NCBI GenBank assembly: GCA_951406725.2
Contig: OX597827.1
Location: 78,864,001 to 78,928,000, forward strand
Reading direction: 5' to 3'
Length of the DNA stretch: 64,000 nucleotides
DNA from: Octopus vulgaris
Taxonomy: Eukaryota
Part shown: positions 50,372 through 59,776 of the stretch, one piece after another
How the letters are laid out: each line of letters begins with the position of its first letter
Numbering within the stretch: the stretch's first letter is position 1
Made by a program: the position numbers and the translations under genes
The notes under the pieces: model-generated
Databases searched by the model: none
The model's input: the letters and a program-made list of their open reading frames with translations, nothing else
What the model was told of the DNA's origin: nothing

Positions 50372-51353
50372 ATCATCATCATGATCATCATGATTGTTCA
50401 GCATCTGCTTTCCATGCTGGCATGGGTTGGAAGGTGTGACATGGAGCTGGCCAGCAGGGGTCAGCTGTCCGGACTCCAACTGTCTGTTGTGACATGGTTT
50501 CTACAGCTGGATGCCCTTCCTAATGCCAACCACTTAAGAGAGTGTTCTAGGTGCTTATGTAGTCCCGGCACAGGTGCGTCAATGCCACACCAGCATGGGT
50601 GCTTTTGTATGGGGCACCGACACCTGAAAGGACAAGCCTGTGTGTGGGGAAGGCAGCGATTTTACTGAGCATGACATGTCTTATCCAGGTACAGCAAATC
50701 ACCACATCTCCCAGCATCCGAAAATCCTTTCTCACCACTTCATCCCACATCTTCCTGGGTCTACCCCTTCCACAGGTTCCCTCCACAATTAGAGCTCAGC
50801 ACCTCTTTACACGTGGAGGCGCGTGGCTTAGTGGTTAGGGTGTCAGCATCATGATCGTAAGATTGTGGTTTTGATTCCTGGACTGGGCAACGTGTTGTGT
50901 TCTTGAGCAAAACACTTCATTTCACGTTGCTCCAGTCCACTCAGCTGGCAAAAATGAGTAACGCTGCGATGGACTGGCGTCCTGTCCAGCTGGGGAACAC
51001 ATACGCCATTGAAACTGGGAAACCGGTCCCATGAGCCTGGCTAGGCTTTAAAAGGGCGAGAAAGAACTTCTTTACGCAGCTGTCCTCATCCAAACGCATC
51101 ACATGACCAAACCAGTGCAGTCTTCTCTCTTACACACACTATTCAGATACCCCTTATACCCAGTTTTCCTCTTAAATCATTTACACTGTGCCATGCATGC
51201 ACACTGAAATTACCCACCCAGCAGAGCATCCTGGCTTCATTTCTTTCAGGCCTTCACAAGTCCTCTGTAGTCAAAGCCCATGTTTCACTGTTTCGTAACA
51301 TAGCTGTAGGTACACAGGTATCATACAATCTTCCTTTCACTCTGAGGGAGAGG
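50372..51353 (-). mobile_element. RTE LINE 3' end with (GAT)n-tailed 3'UTR, interrupted by a SINE
   Basis: LPLRVKGRLYDTCVPTAML..SETWALT..RRLHWFGHVMRLDEDSCVK then EGTCGRGRPRKMWDEVVRKD. Continues into ggaagggcatccagctgtagaaac...(gat)n. Confidence 0.8.
50815..51060 (+). mobile_element. SINE family C variant inserted in an RTE LINE
   Basis: ggaggcgcgtggcttagtggttagggtg head; flanked by an imperfect duplication acctctttac/acttctttac. Confidence 0.85.
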
Positions 51354-51391
51354 TAATATTATTCTAATAATTTTGACGAGTATGGGAAACA

Positions 51392-51435
51392 ACTGCAGAC
51401 ATGTTTCGGTCTTAATTTACCTCTTCAGTGAAGCA
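51392..51435 (-). ncRNA. Minimal hammerhead ribozyme (PLE-type)
   Basis: Minus strand: gcttca-CTGAAGA-GGT-aaattaag-ACC-GAAA-CATG-TC-tgcag. Palindromic stem III, GUC triplet, stem I with one mismatch. Confidence 0.65.
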
Positions 51436-51726
51436 TAAGGTCCACCATATTTGTTGAAATGATTTTGAAAAAAATTTATATATTTACAATATTGTACATA
51501 ATTTGGCTGGAAAACTTAATATAATCATGGAGAAAATTATCTAGAATTGCCATTAACATGAAAAGCAATATCGAAATTAGTATTAATATATTAAATACAG
51601 GGAGCAGAGTATTGAAAAGCTAATTAAAACTAATTAGGCAGGAGGAAAAGACAAATTTACGTTCAAGACATAAAATAAATCAAACAACGACTGTTTTTAA
51701 TGTAATTGGCTATTCTTAAAAACTGA

Positions 51727-52102
51727 AATAATAATAATAATAATAATGATGATAATAATAATGATGATAATGATGATGATAATGATAATAATAATGATGA
51801 TGATGATAATAATGATGATGATGATGATGATAATGATGATGATGATGATAATGGATAATAATAATGATGATGATGATAATGATAATAATGATGATGATGA
51901 TAATGATAATGATGATGATAATGATGATAATAATAATGATAATGATAATAATAATAATAATGATGATAATGATAATAATAATAATAATGATGATGATAAT
52001 AATGATGACAATGATAATAATAATAATGATGATGATGATAATAATAATAATGATGATGATGATAATGATAGTAATAATAATGATAATAATAATAATGATG
52101 AA
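51727..52102. repeat. (AAT/GAT)n trinucleotide microsatellite
   Basis: Direct reading. Confidence 0.95.
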
Positions 52103-52369
52103 TAAGATTTTAATGTATTTTTATAGAAGAATATTTAAATAAATATAATTGAAATTAAAGGGAAACGAATTGAGATTTCATTGTAAAACCTGGAGAGAAT
52201 TCGATATTCAGAAGATTTATTAAGAGGAATCGCATGAAAATAGCCGCCTTTTTTTTGTTGTTTTGTTTTTTTGGCATCGTTCTTTTTCTTTCTTTCTTTT
52301 TTGTTTTTGTTTCTTAGTAGCATTAAATAGTATAAATGCAAAAGGAAGCCAAAATCTCTGAGGAAATAA

Positions 52370-52890
52370 TTGTAGAGACGTTACAATTAGGTAAATCACC
52401 GCCTCTCACTTTCTCTCTCTCTCTCTCTCTCTAATATATTCTGTCTGTGTGTCCACAGCTGGCAGCTTGGGGCAATTTTTTATTTATTTTATTATATATT
52501 TTATATTGTATTTATATATTGGTTACATTATTATTATTATTAGTAATCTTTTCTCAGAAGTCTATAATTCTATATCGATATATATATACGTATAGCGAGA
52601 GAGAAAAAAAAAACGCCGAAAAACTAAATAAATTTTTAAAAATAATAATAATAATTAAGTGATTGTGTGTGTAATGCATAATTCGTTGAAGGGCGGGGCT
52701 TGTGTTTTCCCGCATAAATCAACGAGGGAAAAATGTCCCCCTAATATCTTACACAATAACAATAACACAGTCTGAAAAAAAAAAAAATAATAACACATTA
52801 TCAATGAAAATCTCTCCAAAGATACTAATAAAAGCCCCCGACAGCTGGTCTGCAAAATAAAAAACAAAACCCGATAAGGTTCAGGTGAGT
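52370..52890 (+). promoter_or_regulatory. Candidate promoter/first exon of ZF-C (GC box 52691-52699; donor at 52884)
   Basis: Repeat-free CpG-enriched segment with GGGCGGGGC box. Perfect donor CAG|GTGAGT at 52884/52885; second perfect donor CAG|GTGAGT at 53885/53886. Confidence 0.45.
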
Positions 52891-54334
52891 TGATATTTCG
52901 TTTCTTGTTCTATTTTCCATTTGAGTATGTCTCGGTCTCTCCTTCGCGGCAAAGAGACAACGATTACTGCTGTACCACATCTCTCTCTCTCTCCCTGTCT
53001 CTGTCTCGCTCTCTCTCTCTCCCCTATTTTCTCCTGCTTCGGCTTTAATAAATAATACAATAAACCATGTAGGTATATATATATAGATACATACATATCT
53101 ATCTCTATCTATATATATGTAATATCTATGTATGTATGTGAAGATATGATCCAGTTCTCTTACAATAGCAGACATAAGCATAACATATCGATCTCACAGT
53201 CTCTTTGCCCCCTACCCCCGAACCTCATCGTTCAATATACTTATATCTATATCTACATATATCTATATATATATATTTATTTATATAATGGGTGTAGTTG
53301 ATATCAAACCGTATAAATTAGCTTCGTATATATACGTTGACATGGGCATTTCCTCACATACGCTTCATCACTTCCATAGACATATATATGTGTGTGTGTG
53401 TGTATATCTATATATATATACGCACGCATACATTTATATACACAGATCTATCTTTTTATCAAGTTTGGTGCATCTCTTAGCTATTTCATACGGAAATGGT
53501 TATTTTTTTTGGCTCTGTTCTCGTTTAAAAAAGGGAATTGTTCTTCACAATGAATGTAAATTTTCGTTGTGAAGTCTCCATTGTGAGAAGGTGGGGGGGT
53601 GCAATGGTGTAGCTTGTAATGAAATAGTCTTGTAATGAATTTGTACTTTTAATCTATGAAACAAACAATTTGCTGTGATTTCTGTTCCTGCAAACCCTCT
53701 TTCTCCGGTCACTCTCGTATTTGTGTATATATCTTCACAAACAGTCATTTATGAACATGTATACATATACACACACATATATAGGTCGCTTACACATTAG
53801 ATACACACACACACAGAGAGAGCTTCGTCAAAATTAGTGCACATATTTTTCAATTTTTACACACACACACGCACAGATATTTCAGGTGAGTCAATGTTTT
53901 GTTTCAGTGAAGTCCACGCACCAAAGAATCTAAATCTCTGACCAAAACTATAATTGACGAATACAAACAACCTGTATTTATCTAAAATATGTTTTTGGAC
54001 ATAAAAAAGAGGGGGGGGTCAGCTGGACTGGTTTCAGTCCCCAGTTGGGATTTCATCAATGATGAGTCTTTAGCTGATTAAAAAATAAAAAAACCCCACA
54101 GAACTGTGAATGGTTCAATTTGGTAGGGAAAGCAAAGAATCTGCTGTTTATCAGTGACAAATGGCAAAATGTCTAATTTAGTCCCCCCCCCTTTTTGTTT
54201 TCTGAATTTAGATGTCATCATGGTCATATAAATTCATTTGACTAATTTGCATATCTGACACATTCTTGGCAGCTAGGGTGATTAATAAATCGCTGCTGTG
54301 TTAACACTGCTTTGTTTCATTGCCATGTTGGATA

Positions 54335-54634
54335 TCAATCACTCCATCGACCAGACTTTTTGGATGTTGTTATACATCACTGGTCACAATGTACTTCCTT
54401 GCATTGTTGTAGCTTTTGAATGATGTTCCCATGGTTGCTGGGCAGGCAAGCCAACATTCCCTCTGATCAGAAGGCTACTCCATTGCAGGGTGACCCTTTG
54501 ACAGCTGAGTAGACTGGAGCAACTTGAAAAGAAGTGTTTTGCTCAACAACACAATATGCCGCCCAGTCTGGGAATTGAAACCATGGTCTTGTGATTGTGA
54601 ATGCAACACTCTAACCACTAGGCAATGCGCCTTC
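54335..54634 (-). mobile_element. SINE family C variant with RTE-derived tail
   Basis: tRNA head gaaggcgcattgcctagtggttagag; tail matches the 3' end of the RTE LINE at 11355-11410. Confidence 0.75.
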
Positions 54635-55508
54635 ATGTGTTGTAAGTAAAATGCACACGCACATGTCTGCATATTATGACATGTAAAGAACCAGAGTTTG
54701 TATTTTGCAGGAAAGAAAAGGAATCAGACATGTTGTGTCTCACACTTGATCTGAGAGAAAAGAAAGGTTTTAATCATCATCATCATCATCATCATCATTT
54801 AGCGTCCGCTTTCCATGCTAGCATGGGTTGGACGGTTCAACTGGGGTCTGGGAAGCCAGAAGGCTGCATCAGGCCCAGTCTGATCTGGCAGTGTTTCTAT
54901 GGCTGGATGCCCTTCCTAGGGGACAAAGTCTGCAGGTTCGGGGGAATGGGTAAGTTGATTACATCGACCCCAGTGCTCGACTGGACCTTATTTTATCGAC
55001 TTTGAAAAGATGAAGGGCAAATCAACCTTGGTGGGAATTGAACTCAGAACGTAAAGACAGACAAACTGCTGCTAAGCATTTTGCCTCGTGTGCTAACAGT
55101 TCTGCCAGTTCACCACCTTAAGTTAAGAATCTATAAAGACAAAGTGAGGTGAGATAACAGGGATACAACTTGGTTCCGTTCTTTGTATTGAAGCCTAAAT
55201 ATTTGCCAAATTCATTGATGTGCATGGCTGCTAAGGTTGATGAGTGCATCGTCACCACTTCTCTCATCAGGCAACAACAAGCCATCTCTTACACCAACGA
55301 TTCTCACTTGCCACTAGAGATCCCTTCCATTCATTCAACATCCACCTGTCCACCTCTTCATACTATAAGACGACTTACTCCTGCTCTTATCTCAGTCATT
55401 CTCTTGCCCCCCTCCCATACCAAATCCATTATTCTCCTCTATTTCCGTCCCCTGTGCAGTAAGGACTTCCATTCTAAATCTAAAAAGACACAACACTTCT
55501 TCAGTCCT

Positions 55509-55897
55509 AGGTGTAGGAGTGGCTGTGTGGTAAGTAGCTTGCTTACGATCCACATGGTTCCGGGTTCAGTCCCACTGCGTGGCACCTTGGGCAAGTGTCG
55601 TCTGCTATAGCCTCAGGCCGACCAATGCCTTGTGAGTGGATTTGGTAGATGGAAACTGAAAGAAGCCCGTCGTATATATGTGTATATATATATGTGTGTG
55701 TGTCTGTGTTTGTCTCCCCAACATTGCTTGACAACCAATGCTGGTGTGTTTACATCCCCGTAACTTAGCAGTTTGGCAAAAGAGACCGATAGAATAAGTA
55801 CTGGGCTTACAAAGAATAAGTTCTGGGGTCAATTTGGTCGACTAAAGGCGGTGCTCCAGCACGGTCACAGTCAAATGACTGAAACAAGTAAAAGAGT
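55509..55897 (+). mobile_element. SINE family B
   Basis: Full-length copy. Confidence 0.9.
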
Positions 55898-55929
55898 AGG
55901 GTCCTTACTATACTTCCCTTGTTAGGGAT

Positions 55930-56400
55930 TTCACTCTACAATCACCATAGGGGTCATTTACAAAGAGGGACTGAACACACGGGTCATAGATTCTGCTCTC
56001 GTTTTGAGGAAATTCCTTGTTTGGGAATTGTTCAGCAGACAGGAACAATGTGTATACAATGGCTAATTACCCAATCAACAATATGGCCCAGTGATTGTTG
56101 GGTCAAGTCTGCAATATTAGTTGTCAATAAATGTGATGGTTCCCACATCAGAAGCCCTGTCTGAAAACCATGCCCTCATTAAGGAACACCCACCTAGACA
56201 GAGCAGTGTAGAAATTATCTGGAGAAAGGCCTCACCCAAGACTCTATTGCTACCCTCAGGGTAACAGAATGGAGCTTTGGTCATTTGAAGATTAAGAAGG
56301 TTCGTTTATAAAAAGAATCCTGTGTGAAGCTGATTGGCTATGATAACAATTGCATCGTTCAGTGCATGCTGCAAAAATCAAAAAGTGCCAGCTTGTCATC
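55930..56400 (+). mobile_element. Highly decayed PLE GIY-YIG endonuclease fragment
   Basis: Frameshifted reading NISCQ*/KCDGSHIRS..IKEH ..SFIKRILCEA resembles the PLE pattern Y-x-I-x-C..C..YIG.T......RIKEH...R.ILEA. Confidence 0.4.
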
Positions 56401-56487
56401 AACCTCCATTTCCTTGTTTTAACCCACAAATACTGAAAGACAGAGTAAAATGTAAACTGTTGTTTTCCCTTTGATAGGTCTCTCTTT

Positions 56488-56883
56488 CTTTTACTCTTTT
56501 ACTTGTTTCAGTCATTTGACTGTGGCCATGCTGGAGCACCGCCTTTAGTCGAGCAAATTGACCCCGGAACTTATTCTTTGTAAGCCCAGTACTTATTCTA
56601 TCGGTCTCTTTTGCCGAACCGCTAAGTGACGGGGACGTAAACACACCAGCATTGGTTGTCAGGCAATGCTAGGGGGATAAACACAGACACACATACATAT
56701 ATATATATATACATATATACGACGGGCTTCTTTCAGTTTCCGTCTACCAAATCCACTCACAAGGCATTGGTCGGCCCGGGGCTATAGCAGAAGACACTTG
56801 CCCAAGATGCCACGCAGTGGGACTGAACCCGGAACCATGTGGTTGGTTAGCAAGCTACTTACCACACAGCCACTCCTGCGCCT
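56488..56883 (-). mobile_element. SINE family B
   Basis: Full-length inverted copy. Confidence 0.9.
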
Positions 56884-56991
56884 ATATTGGTCTGCTATTC
56901 TTTATTTCCATTTTGCTGTCCTTTGGCTTTTAAACCAATTTTAACAACTCCATCACACAATGCTTCATTTGAATTATACTATTGTGTATAA

Positions 56992-57222
56992 AAGGCGGCG
57001 AGCTGGCAGAATCGTTAGCACGCCGGGTGAAATGCGTAGCCGTCTTTCGTCTGCCGTTACGTTCTGAGTTCAAATTCCGCCAAGGTCGACTTTGCCTTTC
57101 ATCCTTTAGGGGTCGATAAATTGAGTACCAGTTACACACTGGCGTTGATATAATCGACTTAATCCCTTTGTCTGTCCTTGTTTGTCCCCTCCGTGTTTAG
57201 CCCCTTGTGGGTAGTAAAGAAA
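56992..57222 (+). mobile_element. SINE family A (young, CpG-retaining copy)
   Basis: ggcggcgagctggcagaatcgttagcacgccgggtg..gagttcaaattccgcc..gggtagtaaagaaa. Confidence 0.9.
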
Positions 57223-57739
57223 TATATACTACTGTGTGTGTGTGTGTGTGTATTGCAGAGTGCCGAGCTCTAATTGCGGAGGGAATGTGTGGTAGGGGTA
57301 GATCCAGGAAGATGTGAGACAAAGTGGGGAGAAAGGATCTGCAGGTTTTGGGCCTCACACGGAGGATGACGAGGGACCAAGACTTTTGGCAGTTTGCTGT
57401 GTTTGAGAAGACATGTCAAGTAAATCTGGCTGTCTTTGCATCCGTCTCCAGCTGAGTATTCCTAACCTTTCTGCTTGTGGGTGTTGGTGCCACGTAAAAA
57501 GCATCCATTCCAGTGCCATGTAAAAGCACCCAGTGCCACTCTGTAAAGTGGTTGGCATTAGGAAGGGCATCCAGCCAAAACTGACATGGGTCCCAGGCAG
57601 CTCTCCAGCTGACCAGCTCCTGTCAAACTGTCCAAGTCAACAGATGTTAAATGATGATAATGGTTGGTCAGACAAAAACACCTGGTAATTTTCTTTTTGA
57701 TTGTTCTAGAGAAAGGGTCCTTACCATTGGCCTTCACGG

Positions 57740-58075
57740 CCCCACCAACACCAGTGACATCAACACAGTTGATGTCCCTCTTGAACATTTGTAAGTTTAT
57801 AGCTGTAGCTAAAAGATGGGCATGGAAAAAATTCGAGAGGGATGATATCCTGGGAAGACTAGACTGAATAAAGTGATTAGTGTGAGGCCTAGGGTAGAGG
57901 ACTCAATATGGGTGATGACAGAAGGAGAGATGAGAGAGTTGAAGGGTGGTGTAAAACTAGCAGAGTCTACCATAGTAGTAGCAGTGGACAAGACAACCTG
58001 AAAAGACAATGTGTCACCTAGAGGTAAAAGGATGCAGTGTGTTTGAGAACAACTCCATACCAACCTTATATACCC
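57740..58075 (-). mobile_element. Decayed CR1-group LINE 3' fragment
   Basis: LHPFTSR*H..HCYYYGR..HPY*VLYPRPHTNHFIQSSLPRISSLSN..INLQMFKRDIN resembles the CR1-group RT C-terminus. Confidence 0.55.
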
Positions 58076-58254
58076 CTTTGAGTTCAAATCCTGCTAACGT
58101 CAGTTTTATTTTTCAGCACTTCAGAGTTTAGTAAAATAAGAAGCAGTCATGCACAACAGAAGATTCCATTGACTCCATACATCTCCACCCATTTAGATAC
58201 ACCACCACCACCACTACCCATCTATAAATTTAACACTTTAACACAGTTTAAGAG

Positions 58255-58682
58255 ATGAGGAATTATGTACATTATTTGCATTATTTACATTTAATGGATG
58301 TTTGTCCTCATCTTGTTTGTTGTTAACACGTTTCGGCTGATTTACCCTCCAGCCTTCATCAGGTGCTGCTTCTTTTAGCTTTCGTATTTTCAAAAAAAAT
58401 TACGAAAGCTAAAAGAAGCAGCACATATGCTAGGACACAGCAACCTCCTAAGCAGACCGAGTGCTGATATGAGCAGCATATGGGAACCGGTATTAAGAAA
58501 GGATAGGAGAATATTAGATTTATGAGCCCTAAAATTCACTCCATAATTGCCTACAGGCATATGGTGTAGTGGTTAAGAGCACAAGATTTCAAGTTCGATT
58601 CCAGGCAGTGACCTGAATAACGATAATGATAATGATAATAATAATAATAATGATAATAATAATAATAACGATAATAATAATG

Positions 58683-58713
<31 letters not shown>

Positions 58714-58885
58714 TAATAATAATAATAATAATAATGATAATAATAATAACAACAACAACAACATTGAAAAATACCTTAGGAATGAGAACCCAGGTTCAAA
58801 ATTTCCCTAAGACACCTGATAAAGGCTGGAGGGTATATCAGCCAACAAGATGAGGACAAATAGCCATCAAATGTAAATAATGGAA
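58255..58885 (+). mobile_element. Penelope-like element 3' end: ORF C-terminus, tRNA-like cassette, (AAT)n, HHR-bearing repeat, and inverted 5' repeat
   Basis: 58400-58525 reads LRKLKEAAHMLGHSNLLSRPSADMSSIWEPVLRKDRRILDL*. tRNA-like 58556-58613. HHR relic 58812-58845, with an inverted copy at 58323-58365 (CTGATGA-a-GGCTG..CAGCC-GAAAC on minus). Confidence 0.75.
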
Positions 58886-59120
58886 ATAACCCTTTAACAT
58901 TTAATCTGGCCCCAATATCCTACCCATTTTATGTTAAAATTGATCAGATCTAACCTCTCAGACCTACCCTATAATGTCATTCTAAAAATATACAAATCCA
59001 CCATTGAACAATGCATGATTCATTGAAAACAGTGTGACTGAAATACGCTTTACATTTGCCAGAGCAACCTGAATGCCAAACGGTTGATCCTTTTTTATTC
59101 TCAACAACTTCACCATAACA

Positions 59121-59145
59121 CTTCTCTTTCTTTCTTCTTTTTCAG
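59121..59145 (+). promoter_or_regulatory. Splice acceptor for the ZF-C coding exon (exon from 59146)
   Basis: Pure pyrimidine tract cttctctttctttcttctttttcAG, ~630 nt upstream of the ATG. Confidence 0.65.
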
Positions 59146-59776
59146 AAAGCTTGTTTCTTTTCACCCCAGAACTTAACGTTGGCAGTTTGTGGTGAAGAAC
59201 CGGAATCAAGTGAAACCGTGTTTCCTTTCATGATTTTAAGCCTCACCATTGATCCCTGTTGAAGAATACTGAACGTAACTGAATGCTTACTATAAGACTA
59301 TCATCATCTAGTTATGACTCCACTGAGGTCTTATTGTGAACACTGAGAACAGTCTTTCTACTTCTATAACTACTACTACTACTACTACTACTACTTGTAC
59401 ACCTTAGACTTTGTTGCTGTTGTTGTTGTCGTTGTTGTAGCCAAGTGGTGTTTTACTGTTGCTGTTCATTGATGTTTTAGTTTAAAGTCTTGGTTGAGAC
59501 TTCTGTAGAAACTCTCGGAGTTTTATGATTTATTTATAACTGAAAAAAGTTTCTTTTAGGGATCTGGAAATATTTAATGAGGTATAAAAGAACACAAACA
59601 TTATTTTGATTTTGAAAAATTGCAAGAAAGGGGCCCTTTTTTGTGTTAGTGTAAGAGAGTGTCAGGTTAAATTAGGGATACCTTTAAGTGATACCAATTG
59701 ACAGACCCCTAAATGATCTGTGTTTATTAGTGAAAAGTCTTATTGCTTAAGTAATCTGTATGACCCAGAACTACCA

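Noticed and set aside
51697-52142. PolyI/M/D/N ORFs
   Set aside because: (AAT/GAT)n microsatellite.
58556-58613. Functional tRNA gene
   Set aside because: The anticodon arm is missing and the segment is embedded in a retroelement. SINE heads elsewhere are likewise not true tRNAs.
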